The notes under the pieces: model-generated
Told to the model about the DNA's origin: nothing
The model's input: only the letters and a program-made list of their open reading frames with translations
The model's database searches: none
In this document: positions 19,291-29,653 of the stretch, piece after piece
Layout: every line of letters starts with the position of its first letter
Position numbering within the stretch: position 1 is the first letter of the stretch
Program-made: the position numbers and the translations under genes
DNA from: a virus
Direction: 5' to 3' (one strand)
IMG/VR virus record: IMGVR_UViG_3300017917_001274
Coordinates: 4,128-68,127 of that record
DNA: 64,000 bases

Positions 19291-20502
19291 ATGATAAACA
19301 AAGAACCTTTCAAACAGCTGATCAAAGACCTCAAAAGCAACGGAAAATACAGGGTTTTTAACGATATTATCCGTGAGCGAGGAGATTTCCCCAAAGCCAT
19401 ATGGTACGGACCTTACAATATTAAAACTATCGTAAATTGGTGTTCCAATGACTATTTGGGCATGGGTCAGCATAAAGTTGTGCTTGATGCCATGCATACT
19501 GCATTAGATCAAACAGGGTCGGGATCTGGCGGAACACGCAATATCGGTGGTACCAGCCATTATCACGTAGCACTTGAGCATGAGTTAGCCATGTTACACA
19601 ACAAGAGCAGAGCTCTGCTGTTTAGTTCTGCTTATGTAGCAAACGAATGGACTCTGATTGGTTTATCTAAGATCATACCTAACATACATTTTGTATCTGA
19701 TGAAAACAATCATAACAGTTTGATCATAGGAATACAACACAGTCGAGCAGCCAAGACTGTGTTTAGACACAACGATCTGCAGCACCTTGAAGACATACTG
19801 TGTTCAGTAAAATTAGCTGGTCAAACTCCTTGTATAGTATTCGAATCAGTTTACTCTATGGATGGTGATGTAGGAGATATCAAGGGCATCTGTGATCTTG
19901 CAGACAAATATGGTGCAATAACATACATCGACGAAGTACATGCAGTTGGGCTATACGGCACTCACGGGGGTGGGAAAGTTGAAGAGCTGGGACTTGAAAG
20001 TCGTATTGACATAGTCAATGGTACCTTAGGCAAGGCCTACGGGGTTCAAGGTGGTTACATAGCCGCAGATGCAGATGTTGTTGACGCTATTCGTTCTGTG
20101 GCAGCAGGATTTATTTTTACAACTTCTATGAGTCCTGTGGCCTGTGCTGGCGCATTGGCCGCAGTCAAATATTTGAAGGATCATAACGAGCTGAGAGAAA
20201 AGCATCAAGAACGAGCTCGTAAGTTAAAACACAGATTAAACAACAACGGTATACAGGTCATGGAATGTTCCACAACTCATATTGTTCCTGTGTTAATTGG
20301 TGATGCTAAGAAGTGTAAGGCAGTGTCAGATACTCTATTGAATGAGCATTCAATCTATGTACAACCTATTAACTTTCCTACAGTAGCAGTGGGCACGGAG
20401 CGGTTACGTTTTGCACCTACTCCGTTCCACGATGACGGAATGATTGAGGATCTTATTTCTGCACTGAAGCAGACTTTTGAGTGTCACCAGGTGCAAGTCT
20501 AA
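19291..20502 (+). CDS. hemA: 5-aminolevulinate synthase (Shemin C4 pathway)
   Basis: [72 protein letters not shown]. Confidence 0.93.
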   Translation: MINKEPFKQLIKDLKSNGKYRVFNDIIRERGDFPKAIWYGPYNIKTIVNWCSNDYLGMGQHKVVLDAMHTALDQTGSGSGGTRNIGGTSHYHVALEHELAMLHNKSRALLFSSAYVANEWTLIGLSKIIPNIHFVSDENNHNSLIIGIQHSRAAKTVFRHNDLQHLEDILCSVKLAGQTPCIVFESVYSMDGDVGDIKGICDLADKYGAITYIDEVHAVGLYGTHGGGKVEELGLESRIDIVNGTLGKAYGVQGGYIAADADVVDAIRSVAAGFIFTTSMSPVACAGALAAVKYLKDHNELREKHQERARKLKHRLNNNGIQVMECSTTHIVPVLIGDAKKCKAVSDTLLNEHSIYVQPINFPTVAVGTERLRFAPTPFHDDGMIEDLISALKQTFECHQVQV

Positions 20503-20839
20503 ACCGATCTTCAACATAGTCGCCTGTGCCGACTTCAAAGATAATACTGCCCGCAACCAGTGCTTCAATTTGATGAGGGCCCAACGGACCAAAGTCTGCT
20601 GTTTTGCCTTCGTCTAAGATAGCTTCTTTCATTTCGCCAGTGGCTACATCGATGTAGGTTACTTTAAACTTTCCGGCATTAACGAACCAACTCTTAGATT
20701 TTTCTTTGTGGAAAACCAAAGATGTTTTAGCACCAGCACGTTCAAATACAAGCAGTTTGCCTGAATAATTTTCGTTGTTGGCAAATACTAATTCAAATCC
20801 CCAACCTTTGTCTACTTTGCCTAATGTCTGTAAGTTCAT
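20453..20839 (-). CDS. Cupin-fold protein
   Basis: VDKGWGFE...GKLL...[10 protein letters not shown] pattern typical of phage cupins. Confidence 0.65.
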   Translation of the reverse strand: MNLQTLGKVDKGWGFELVFANNENYSGKLLVFERAGAKTSLVFHKEKSKSWFVNAGKFKVTYIDVATGEMKEAILDEGKTADFGPLGPHQIEALVAGSIIFEVGTGDYVEDRFRLAPGDTQKSASVQK

Positions 20840-21426
20840 GGTCTTTGCTCAATGATTTTATCAATGAGTCCGTATTCAAGTGCTTCTTCTGCTGACATAA
20901 ACTTATCACGGTCCATATCACGTTCAAATTCTTCGTAGGTCTTACCTTTGGTATTGTGTTTGACATACAGTTCAGTCAAACGCTTTTTAATATGCATGAT
21001 CTCTTTGTAGGAGATTTCAATATCGGATGCCATACCTCTTGCACCGCCGGATGGTTGATGTATCATGTGACGAGCATTGGGCAACATATATCGCTTACCT
21101 GCCGCTCCTGCGTTAGCAAGGAACGATCCCATAGAACAGGCTTGACCCATTACGTATGTGGCCACATCGGGTTTGATAAACTGCATGGTATCATAGATAG
21201 CCAACCCTGCAGTGACTACTCCGCCGGGACTGTTGATGAACAGTGAAATGTCTTTGTCTGGGTTTTCAGATTCGAGGAACAACAACTGTGCCACAATAAG
21301 ATTGGCCATATGATCTTCCACTGGGCCATTCAGCATGATGATTCTTTCTTTGAGCAGTCTACTATAGATATCAAAGGCACGTTCTCCTTTCGATGTTGAT
21401 TCAACTACCATTGGTACTAATGTCAT
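20836..21426 (-). CDS. clpP: ATP-dependent Clp protease proteolytic subunit
   Basis: [24 protein letters not shown] (Ser), MIHQP (His), MDRD (Asp). Confidence 0.96.
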   Translation of the reverse strand: MTLVPMVVESTSKGERAFDIYSRLLKERIIMLNGPVEDHMANLIVAQLLFLESENPDKDISLFINSPGGVVTAGLAIYDTMQFIKPDVATYVMGQACSMGSFLANAGAAGKRYMLPNARHMIHQPSGGARGMASDIEISYKEIMHIKKRLTELYVKHNTKGKTYEEFERDMDRDKFMSAEEALEYGLIDKIIEQRP

Positions 21427-21531
21427 ATCGCATCCTTGTTTGTTAATACTTTATTATTTTATACAAAAATCAATTGATTTGCAAGATATCTGAGTATATA
21501 ATTGTTAAATATTTGAAACTGAGTACTTCCA

Positions 21532-22044
21532 ATGTCAACTCTACTATTAAATGCAGACATGCAACCTATCAGCTTACTGCCATTATCCACTGTGGATTGG
21601 CAAGAAGCCATACGATATATTGTTCTCGACAAGGTCAAAGTGATTGAGTGGCATGAAGATTGGATAGTAAGATCCGCTCGTTGGCAGACTCGTGTGCCTG
21701 CAGTCATGATGCTCAAAGAGTATCAACGTCCAAAAACCACAATGCGATTGAGCAAACGTAATGTATTCTTGCGTGACGAATACATTTGCCAATACTGTGG
21801 TTGCGAAGTCAACGATCAGTCAGCCACTTTGGATCATATCTTACCGCAGAGCAAGGGTGGCAAGACCACTTGGGAAAACTCAACAACTGCCTGTAAGCCC
21901 TGCAACTACAAGAAGGCTGCTCACGTGGGCAAGTATAAACCAAAACAGCCACCTTACAAGCCACACTTTTGGGATTTGGCCGACAAGCGTAAACGCAAAG
22001 GCTACCATTTGGCACACCCAAGTTGGGCTATATACCTCGGTTGA
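21532..22044 (+). CDS. HNH endonuclease (McrA-like)
   Basis: RD...CQYCG...TLDHILPQSKGGKTTWEN...ACKPCN. Confidence 0.9.
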   Translation: MSTLLLNADMQPISLLPLSTVDWQEAIRYIVLDKVKVIEWHEDWIVRSARWQTRVPAVMMLKEYQRPKTTMRLSKRNVFLRDEYICQYCGCEVNDQSATLDHILPQSKGGKTTWENSTTACKPCNYKKAAHVGKYKPKQPPYKPHFWDLADKRKRKGYHLAHPSWAIYLG

Positions 22045-22086
22045 CAGAATAACTAACTGATACTACAATTATAGTATTATGTTAGG

Positions 22087-22716
22087 ATGGATATGCTGAA
22101 ATTAACTCAAAGACATTTTGAATCTGTGACCAAACGCAATCGTTGCGACTTTCCGCTTTATTCAAAACCTATTTTGAATATTGCCACACAGAACAGTAAG
22201 GCCACACAGGTCAGGTTGGTAGGCTCTATGAAGGATCAGTGGACTGAATTCATGAGCACCGGCGGACGTTCTGTGGACGATTGGGAACGATGGTATATGG
22301 GGAACGGCGGTGCTGAAAAGATTCGCAAAGCCACAGACAAACTATTCGAAATGCTGAACAAGATGCCTTTGGATCATAAAGTATTCACCCGAGAGTTGGC
22401 TGAACTGTATATTTTGGATCTTGTGATCAACAAAACCCATTATGGCATGAGCGGAGAATATCATTCAGTACTGGCAGCCGCTAACCATTTCAACATGTCT
22501 TACAGATTCAGCACACCAGAAGAAGAATCACAGGGCATAGATGCATGGCTTGGTGATCGCCCAGTACAGATTAAACCTCACGATTCTGTGAAAATGCATC
22601 ATGTGTATAATCATGCAGATATATCCAAAACTTTGGTCATAACCTACGAAGCCAAAAAAGACTGCTGTTATATACACAATCCAGAATTCTTACAGCTTGA
22701 CAAGCAGACAGTTTGA
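22087..22716 (+). CDS. MjaI-like PD-(D/E)xK restriction-endonuclease-family protein
   Basis: DDWERWY and EEESQGIDAW...PVQIKP. Own sigma70 promoter at 22041. Confidence 0.6.
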   Translation: MDMLKLTQRHFESVTKRNRCDFPLYSKPILNIATQNSKATQVRLVGSMKDQWTEFMSTGGRSVDDWERWYMGNGGAEKIRKATDKLFEMLNKMPLDHKVFTRELAELYILDLVINKTHYGMSGEYHSVLAAANHFNMSYRFSTPEEESQGIDAWLGDRPVQIKPHDSVKMHHVYNHADISKTLVITYEAKKDCCYIHNPEFLQLDKQTV

Positions 22717-22755
22717 TGCTATAATAGTTGTATAGTAACAATTTAGGAGCAGACT

Positions 22756-24081
22756 GTGCGTACACAACCAGAAGTAATCATTCAACGTCTTGAAGCGGAC
22801 AATTCACGATTGGCCAAAGAAGCCATTTTGGCAGATGCTATGAACGAAGGACTTGATGAGTTCTTTGAAGGTGTTCGTATGGCCTTGGACAAACTTTATA
22901 CATTTGGTTTGAAACAGATTCCTATCAAGGAGACGGACGATGGTCAAGGACTGTCTTGGACTAATTTTAAAGAACTTGCTGATAGTCTTTATCGTCGCAG
23001 GCTTACTGGAAATAGTGCTCGTGATGCTGTGAAGTTGGCCATGGATGTGGCAACCAAAACTCAGTGGAACGACTTTTATCGCCGAATCCTAATCAAAGAT
23101 CTACGCTGTGGAGTTTCAGAAAAAACAGTGAACTCTGTGGCCAAGAAACAGAAAAAAGCTCATTATTCTGTGCCTGTGTTTGAATGTATGTTGGCACACG
23201 ACGGAGCCAATCACGAGTCTAAGATACAAGGCAAGAAACTGGTCGAGCCCAAGCTGGACGGTGTTCGTGCTATCACTGTGTTGGACTTCGAAAGTCGTTC
23301 TGTGACCATGTACACTCGCAACGGCAAGGTCCTGGACAACTTTGGACACATCACCAAGTATCTTGAAGACAACATTGACAACTTCAGCAGATCCTACATC
23401 TTGGACGGCGAAGTAATCAGCAACTCATTCCAGGATCTAATGAAGCAGGTACATCGCAAGGATGACGTACAGGCTCAGGATGCCAAGCTGATGCTGTTTG
23501 ACATCGTGCCTTTGGTAGAGTTCAAAGCAGGACTGTCGACCATGGGCCAGAAGCGCAGGTCAGCGTTCCTTAAAGAGTTTGCCAATACTTTCGCAGACTC
23601 GGGCTGTATTGAAATCATTCCACAAAAGGAGTTTGATCTTGATGTGTTCACAGACGAGATCGAGTTCAAGGACTATAACAAAGCCATGGTCGAAGCAGGC
23701 TATGAAGGCATCATGATCAAGGACCCCAATGGCAAGTGGGAAGGTAAACGAAGCACTGCTTGGTTAAAACAAAAGCCCTTTATCGAAGTCAGCCTTGCAG
23801 TGACCGCGGTAGAAGAAGGCACAGGTCGTAACAAAGATCGATTAGGTGCCATTGTATGTGAGGGCATAGATGATGGTAAAAGAATTGTGGTCAACGTGGG
23901 TTCAGGCTTTACAGACGAACAGAGACGAGAATTCTGGGAAGCTCGAGATACGCTCATTGATCAGATCGTGGAAGTCCGTGCAGATGCAGCGACTCGGAGC
24001 CAAGATAGTGAAGACACATGGTCGCTACGTTTCCCTCGATTTCTCCGATTCCGCGGCTTTACGAAAGGTGAGAAAATCTAA
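22756..24081 (+). CDS. ATP-dependent DNA ligase
   Basis: EPKLDGVR, LDGEV, FDIV, EGIMIKD, WLKQK, VGSGF, SLRFPRF. Confidence 0.95.
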   Translation: MRTQPEVIIQRLEADNSRLAKEAILADAMNEGLDEFFEGVRMALDKLYTFGLKQIPIKETDDGQGLSWTNFKELADSLYRRRLTGNSARDAVKLAMDVATKTQWNDFYRRILIKDLRCGVSEKTVNSVAKKQKKAHYSVPVFECMLAHDGANHESKIQGKKLVEPKLDGVRAITVLDFESRSVTMYTRNGKVLDNFGHITKYLEDNIDNFSRSYILDGEVISNSFQDLMKQVHRKDDVQAQDAKLMLFDIVPLVEFKAGLSTMGQKRRSAFLKEFANTFADSGCIEIIPQKEFDLDVFTDEIEFKDYNKAMVEAGYEGIMIKDPNGKWEGKRSTAWLKQKPFIEVSLAVTAVEEGTGRNKDRLGAIVCEGIDDGKRIVVNVGSGFTDEQRREFWEARDTLIDQIVEVRADAATRSQDSEDTWSLRFPRFLRFRGFTKGEKI

Positions 24082-24082
24082 A

Positions 24083-24322
24083 ATGCAAAGACCCGCAATC
24101 AAAGATGCAGTCTACGGCGGTCTCATGGAGATCATGCGTAATCGACAGTACTACTATCACAGTGGCATAGGCTCAAACTACAGCCATTTCACTGATGAGG
24201 GTCGTGAAGCTGTACAGGAGTTTATCAACGTAATGGCAGGTAAGATGCTGGAAGCAGAACATCATGAACTTGATGAACGTGCCAAACAACAGGTAATCAA
24301 CTGCTTAAAACAAACGGACTAA
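24083..24322 (+). CDS. Hypothetical protein
   Basis: Start probably MQRPAIKD, immediately after the ligase. Confidence 0.5.
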   Translation: MQRPAIKDAVYGGLMEIMRNRQYYYHSGIGSNYSHFTDEGREAVQEFINVMAGKMLEAEHHELDERAKQQVINCLKQTD

Positions 24323-24668
24323 GGATGAATCAAGAACTATTACTACAGTTAAAACAACGTGCTGGCATAGACTACAATCCCGATCAGGAAGGTCTTGATC
24401 TATTTGCTGAACTGATCATACAGGAATGTGTGGAAGTAGCAGACTGCCGCAGTTCATTCAAACACAATTCGGGCGCAAAAATTCTCAAACATTTCGGAAT
24501 AGGAGTCACACAATGATCACAGAACGAGCAGCATGGTACAGCATGATAGCCATTATATTTGCACTGTTGGCCATGGGAACTTATAAGTTAGTGTCAGACA
24601 GTCAATGCAAGCAGACAGCAGTAAGCCAGAACTACCCAGCAGAAGCTATTAAGAAAATCTGTCGGTAA

Positions 24669-25241
24669 TTACAGCCAGCTGTCTACAGCCTGATGTGAAC
24701 TCAGGGTGGTAGCTGACCCCCAGAGATTTTCCACAGGCTGCTCAAACAGCCATTCAGGCCCAAGATTGCGAGCCACCAACCACGAATGGTCTTTGCGCCA
24801 GGGTGGCAGCCCTTCCAGCTCACGATTCAATTGATCAGCGTTCCATGAGCAGTAGCCGCACATGATACGAAAGTACTTGGGAAAGTCCTGTTGGGCCAAC
24901 AGCTTGAACATTTCAATATTAGAAGTCATAGACCAGTCTTGATCTATGTTCACAGTACAGTCATCAAGATGCCAATCTGCTGAGTGCAACATCCATATAG
25001 TAGATGAGCTCACAGGCCCACCCCAATACAAGGGAAAGTTCACTTCACAGTCCAAGTCTACATCCACTTTGGCCATTAGATCCTGTAGGGTATAGTCCAG
25101 CTCGTGATTTACGCACAAGGCAAATGAGCCCTGATCGTGATGATGAGTCAACATCAGTACACGTTCTTTGAATCTGGAATCCGGAATGCCCGGAGGTGCT
25201 ATGAGTAGGTCAGTGGCTTGGGCTACTGTAGTCATGACCAA
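24669..25241 (-). CDS. yqgE: YqgE/AlgH family protein
   Basis: LLIAPP...DSRF, YWGGPV, GYCSW..DQL..E, HSWL. Confidence 0.85.
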   Translation of the reverse strand: MVMTTVAQATDLLIAPPGIPDSRFKERVLMLTHHHDQGSFALCVNHELDYTLQDLMAKVDVDLDCEVNFPLYWGGPVSSSTIWMLHSADWHLDDCTVNIDQDWSMTSNIEMFKLLAQQDFPKYFRIMCGYCSWNADQLNRELEGLPPWRKDHSWLVARNLGPEWLFEQPVENLWGSATTLSSHQAVDSWL

Positions 25242-25717
25242 TCAGGTAAAGGTCCGCCGTATTTTTTGCCCTTGATCTTCTTGCCGCGGACTCGGATTCG
25301 CTCAGATCCAACCTTGTGACTTTTACCACCGTCTCTGCTGCGATAACCCTGGCTCTTGCAGGAAGCCAACTGTGAAGCACCCAGAGCTGAGTCTGGCTTG
25401 CCACTTTGACAAAGGCTGCGTGAAGCAGGCTCTTCAGTGACTTCTGAGTCTTGGCTAACACCGTACATGATCTCGTCATTCAAGGGAAAGTCAAGATCCA
25501 CAAAACGTTCTGGTAAGTCTGCTGTGTCTATGATATATTCTAATTCTTCATCTGTGGGATGCTGCTTCATCAGCACTTTGGCAGCTTCATCGTGTGCATC
25601 TGCTCTGCTCCAAATGTCAATGTCATAGTGCTCTTTGTACAGAGCAGCCACAGCGTCCATGACTTTGTGATAGTCACAGGTAAAGATATTTTCAGTAAGG
25701 ATTTCTTGAATTCTCAT
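25232..25717 (-). CDS. Hypothetical late protein, probable internal head protein
   Basis: N-terminus MRIQEILTE and a basic C-terminal module after VTEE. Confidence 0.55.
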   Translation of the reverse strand: MRIQEILTENIFTCDYHKVMDAVAALYKEHYDIDIWSRADAHDEAAKVLMKQHPTDEELEYIIDTADLPERFVDLDFPLNDEIMYGVSQDSEVTEEPASRSLCQSGKPDSALGASQLASCKSQGYRSRDGGKSHKVGSERIRVRGKKIKGKKYGGPLPDWS

Positions 25718-25725
25718 ACTTTTAT

Positions 25726-25956
25726 TTAACTGAGTTTGGCCACAACTACGATGGCTGTGAATAAGGCTGTACGTGCTTCCAGTTCTGCTGCTTCGTTACA
25801 GACATCGTCGAAACGAGCAAGATCCTGCATGAGCTCTTGATATTCTGAATCAGAGATCTGCCCTGCTTGATGTTGCTCTGTGATCTGTAGTGCTATTTGA
25901 GCACGTTCAGCTATGTGGCCCTGACCCTGTGCTAATTGATATAGTTCGCCTAACAT
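25726..25956 (-). CDS. Hypothetical protein
   Basis: 76 aa, coupled to the upstream lipoprotein. Confidence 0.5.
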   Translation of the reverse strand: MLGELYQLAQGQGHIAERAQIALQITEQHQAGQISDSEYQELMQDLARFDDVCNEAAELEARTALFTAIVVVAKLS

Positions 25957-26349
25957 TTAAAATCTCCCTAACACAGCTTCAGCGGCTTTCTGTGATTGAC
26001 TGCGCAAGATACGCTGTTTGATCTCACAGTAGCTCTTGGTGGCCTGCCCTGCTTGATATCTCTTGTACATGTCCTCTACAGTTTCACGTATGGGATGTAC
26101 TGTTCGAATAACGTCTTGTTGACGAACACCCTTGCTCTCACTATATAGTTCAAACCATAGTAGATCATCACGTAACTTTGAAACTTGGGCTTTGATGTCA
26201 TCTCCCCCACAGTCCAATCGCTCCACATGAAAGCGAACATCCACGATCTTTTTACTTTGATTGTCGTCCCAGAACGAAGGCACTATGGTGGCTATGGTAC
26301 TGCAACCAGATAACACAACTACGCTGACAGCAATGATTAATTTACGCAT
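25957..26349 (-). CDS. Predicted lipoprotein
   Basis: Lipobox VLSGC after a signal peptide; TAAATA upstream. Confidence 0.6.
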   Translation of the reverse strand: MRKLIIAVSVVVLSGCSTIATIVPSFWDDNQSKKIVDVRFHVERLDCGGDDIKAQVSKLRDDLLWFELYSESKGVRQQDVIRTVHPIRETVEDMYKRYQAGQATKSYCEIKQRILRSQSQKAAEAVLGRF

Positions 26350-26423
26350 ACAGTATTTAAGTTACGAGATCAAAAACATGGGCAAATAGGTGTTGTCCAA
26401 AATAGGCCAGGGCAATGTCTGTA

Positions 26424-26457
26424 GCCGCGAAGCGGCAGCGGTCGCGCAAAAAATTTG
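26424..26457 (+). repeat. GCGAAGC mini-hairpin + CGCGCAAAAAATTTG element (left boundary of early region)
   Basis: GCCGC-GAA-GCGGC hairpin. 26443-26457 is the exact reverse complement of 41463-41477. Confidence 0.6.
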
Positions 26458-26489
26458 CAGGCTTTTTTAGACCAATAAATACCCTTATA

Positions 26490-26780
26490 ATGCGTTCAAT
26501 CTTCGCTATCCTTATACTCACTATCCCCCTTGCAGCGATCTCTCAATCTGCAGATACAGTGCGTAAACCTGTGCATTGTTTCCCCTTAAGTATAGTAGTG
26601 GACATGTTGAGCAAGGACTTCGGGGAATCAGTCTCATTCCAGAGTCGTAATACTCTGACTGGTGCTGACATTGCTGTAGCAGAAAACCCTGACACTGGCT
26701 CTTGGACTATAATAGAATACGATAAAGAAACCGCTTGTATACTGGCCACTGGACGTAGATCACCCAGTAAACAGCTATAA
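26490..26780 (+). CDS. Secreted hypothetical protein
   Basis: Signal peptide MRSIFAILILTIPLAA; TAAATA upstream. Confidence 0.55.
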   Translation: MRSIFAILILTIPLAAISQSADTVRKPVHCFPLSIVVDMLSKDFGESVSFQSRNTLTGADIAVAENPDTGSWTIIEYDKETACILATGRRSPSKQL

Positions 26781-27528
26781 GTCTATAACATTTGTAATAG
26801 TGTATACTGGCTCTCAGAACAGTCTACCATGACTATGTAACGATCATCTGTGCCCGGCAGATCATTTTCTAATATGTGTATGAGTCTAACTGCTCGGGTA
26901 CGATCGTTGTATGACCAAAAGCGATCCAGCTGTTCTATAGTATAATATAGAGTGTACATAGAGTTATTTACTGCGAGCGTATGATTATAAGGGTCTAAAG
27001 ACCCGAGAGAACTATATATGTATATGCGTGATGCTATTATCTTACTGTTATGGACATTGTTACAACTGTCAAAGCCTGTGTTGATCATATTGGGAATTAC
27101 ACTATGCATAAGACTGTTTACTTCTTGACACACAAAGACACTGGCCTAAGACTGCGCTACTATAAGAGCCTTGCAGGAGCAAGGATAGCCCAGCGTTCGC
27201 GTAATGCTCACTTGGGCTTTGTAGAAAGAATCGAACGAGTAGAACAGTTTACGAACTGGGAAGTAGAGTTATGCCGTTTGAGCGATGGAAGCATAGTAGA
27301 AGCTACATATGTGATAGTAGAAGATACTATAGATATTAACGAAGACTTACTGAGCTAAGAAGCTTATACTATATAGAGGCCGTGTGATGATTGATGAGGA
27401 AGTGCTGAGACAGATGCGTAGGGAAGCTTTTAAAGCTGCGGCACAGATTAGTGTGGCGATCATAGTTATGGCTTTTGTAGTAAAAAGTGTGATTTACTGA
27501 GCTTTGTGATAAAGCATGATTGCGTATA

Positions 27529-27990
27529 GGCCCCGCTGCGTAGGTTGTGCGTATGCGTTATGTGTAGAATTGTGTGAAATTGTGTGAAAAAGTGTGAATT
27601 TTTATTAAGCCTCATAATCCACCGTTCAAACTATTCTCAAACTATAAGATCTACCCTATCTACCTTGCTCAAACGGTCCAGATTCTACCATTCTTCACCG
27701 TTCTTCCACCGCAAAAACGGTTCTTCTACGGTGGCCCCGCTGTGTGATCTTACGCTAATTCAAGGTATTCTGAATGTTCTAACAGTAGACGAGTAGCGAT
27801 CTTACTATCAGGAACTTCTATCACATACTGTATATGTGAATGCCCGCATATGGTCACACGTTTACGATACATGGCCAACTTGTGCCACTGGGCAAATTCC
27901 CACACACGTTCTACACGTGATGACTTTACTCTATATGTTAACACCGTCGCTCCTCAGTGTATTAACTTGTATTTATAGTAGGCCCCGCTG
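27529..27990 (+). repeat. GGCCCCGCTG x3 and 10-bp tandem TGTGTGAAAT-like repeat x4
   Basis: GGCCCCGCTG at 27529, 27733 and 27981. Tandem units at 27561, 27571, 27581 and 27591. Confidence 0.65.
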
Positions 27991-28068
27991 CTGATGGTTG
28001 ACGAATTAGGGATTTGATCGTATAATAGTACAATGTTATATGTAGATGGACACGGAGATGTGCAGGAA

Positions 28069-28332
28069 ATGACCCTACCAGATGAACGCTATCGTGCAGT
28101 AAGAATGGCCGCAGAACTACTGTTAGATCTCTGTGATGCCAAACGGACCCCCAGGATTCCCCGAGAGATTCGCCAACGTGCTCAAGCGGCTCTGAGACAT
28201 TATCCTTCAAAATTGGACATGGATCGTGCTGCTGAGGCCTGTCCTGAAGTGTTCGTGGAACGTTATGAAGAGCTGTTCAAATTCATCAAGCATGGCGTTG
28301 CGCTGCGTGGGGAGGATGATCATGGACGATAA
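28069..28332 (+). CDS. Hypothetical phage protein
   Basis: MTLPDERYRAV...LRHYP, behind promoter 27998. Confidence 0.6.
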   Translation: MTLPDERYRAVRMAAELLLDLCDAKRTPRIPREIRQRAQAALRHYPSKLDMDRAAEACPEVFVERYEELFKFIKHGVALRGEDDHGR

Positions 28333-28457
28333 AGGATCAATTTGGGCACGTACCACAACGTTGCAGCAATGTGGGATCTTCGCATTAATAATCATAGGTG
28401 CCTTCGTGCTGTTAACGTGGGCCACAAAGGGGTTATAGCAGCAGCACAGCAGCACAA

Positions 28458-28534
28458 GGGCCGTTAGCTCAGACGGTTAGAGCAGTGGACTCATAATCCA
28501 TTGGTCGTTGGTTCGAATCCAACACGGCCCACCA
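28458..28534 (+). tRNA. tRNA-Ile2 (CAU anticodon, lysidine type) with encoded CCA
   Basis: 77-nt cloverleaf GGGCCGT...GACTCATAATC...GGTTCGAATCC...ACGGCCCACCA, resembling ileX-type tRNAs more than Met tRNAs. Confidence 0.85.
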
Positions 28535-28708
28535 AACTCACAGCAGCAGAGCAGCTCCGGGAACAGCTCCGAGGGTTAGTCAGTGCTAACTAACATGGGC
28601 CCGGCGACGAGTGCCGCGACTGGGGCCAAAATGTTGCCAAAATGCCACACCAAAATACGAGACAAATTGGTTGACATTTTGGCTGTTCGGTGTTATACTA
28701 TGGATACT

Positions 28709-29029
28709 ATGAGAGCGAAACGAAACGACCGAAACCATATCATATACACTATAGTGGGCCCTGAAGGCTCTTACATTGGTGTCACAGCCAAAACAGAAAG
28801 CACTGTTCTAAAGAGCGTTCGTGCTCGTATAGCCAAACATTACTATAGGGCGCAGACCGAAACTAAGACGTGGGCCCTATGTGAACTGCTACGTGCCTAC
28901 AAGAGCAAAGATGACATAGATGTTCGTGTGGTCGAGATCGTTCGCGGCAAAGAGGCAGCTCATAAGCGCGAGCGTGAATTAATCCGTATGGAGAAACCGT
29001 TTTATAACACAGACAAGAGAGGAGTGTAG
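28709..29029 (+). CDS. GIY-YIG-like nuclease domain protein
   Basis: HIIYTI...SYIGVT...R...H...ERELI...YN. Nearly leaderless start after promoter 28671. Confidence 0.6.
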   Translation: MRAKRNDRNHIIYTIVGPEGSYIGVTAKTESTVLKSVRARIAKHYYRAQTETKTWALCELLRAYKSKDDIDVRVVEIVRGKEAAHKRERELIRMEKPFYNTDKRGV

Positions 29030-29030
29030 T

Positions 29031-29225
29031 ATGGGTACACCGTTATATATGGACATGGCTGATGCCTGCACCTTGGTCAAAGAGTATGCTGATACGCACA
29101 CTGGGGGTGATGTCCTGGCTGGGCTTATGGACATGCAGGCCTGCTGGGATGATCTTGACAAAGCAGACAGAGTAGCGTATACTATGTTTATGAAGGCAGG
29201 GCGTGAGATGTTTGCGCCCTTGTAG
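29031..29225 (+). CDS. Small hypothetical early protein
   Basis: GAGGAG RBS, 64 aa. Confidence 0.55.
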   Translation: MGTPLYMDMADACTLVKEYADTHTGGDVLAGLMDMQACWDDLDKADRVAYTMFMKAGREMFAPL

Positions 29226-29283
29226 CAACGTGGCGGGGGCCAACGAGAGAGCCCCCACTAATTTACTAACATAGGAGCGAACT

Positions 29284-29643
29284 ATGCAACGTCATTGGGA
29301 TACCCTGCTTGAGCGCGAGCAAGAGGGCTTTAAGGTAATCATAGACAAGACCTGGGAAGACGTACACCCCGGGGACTGCTTTGATGACACAGCCTACGAC
29401 ATCAAAGACATCTGTGAGCAGATCGACCGTGGTAATCTGGATTGGTTTGTACTACGTGCCAGGGTGCTCGCAGAGGGGGTAGAGTTGGGCAATGCCTGCT
29501 GCGGGGGCATGCTCTACGAAGATGCACGTGAAGCCCTCAGTGACATAGGTGAGGACCTTGTGCTGGACGCTATGGTGGAGGCCAAAGATCGGTTGACACA
29601 CTTGGCAAAATCGTTTACAATGTTAGCTATTAAATCATCCTAA
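29284..29643 (+). CDS. Hypothetical early protein
   Basis: GGAGCGAA RBS, 119 aa. Confidence 0.65.
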   Translation: MQRHWDTLLEREQEGFKVIIDKTWEDVHPGDCFDDTAYDIKDICEQIDRGNLDWFVLRARVLAEGVELGNACCGGMLYEDAREALSDIGEDLVLDAMVEAKDRLTHLAKSFTMLAIKSS

Positions 29644-29653
29644 GGAGCGAACT

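Noticed and set aside
6847-21426. Bacterial chromosome segment (many host-like metabolic genes)
   Set aside because: The genes are isolated from their usual operons (pstS without pstCAB, clpP without clpX, aceA without aceB) and are interleaved with phage late genes and TAAATA promoters.
25272-25284. GATTCGCTC resembling the anti-RBS loop
   Set aside because: It is on the non-coding strand of a minus-strand CDS, lacks the final C and has no enclosing stem, so it is likely chance.
28458-28534. tRNA as a prophage attachment site
   Set aside because: No integrase and no duplicated tRNA 3' end in the window; both flanks are phage-like.
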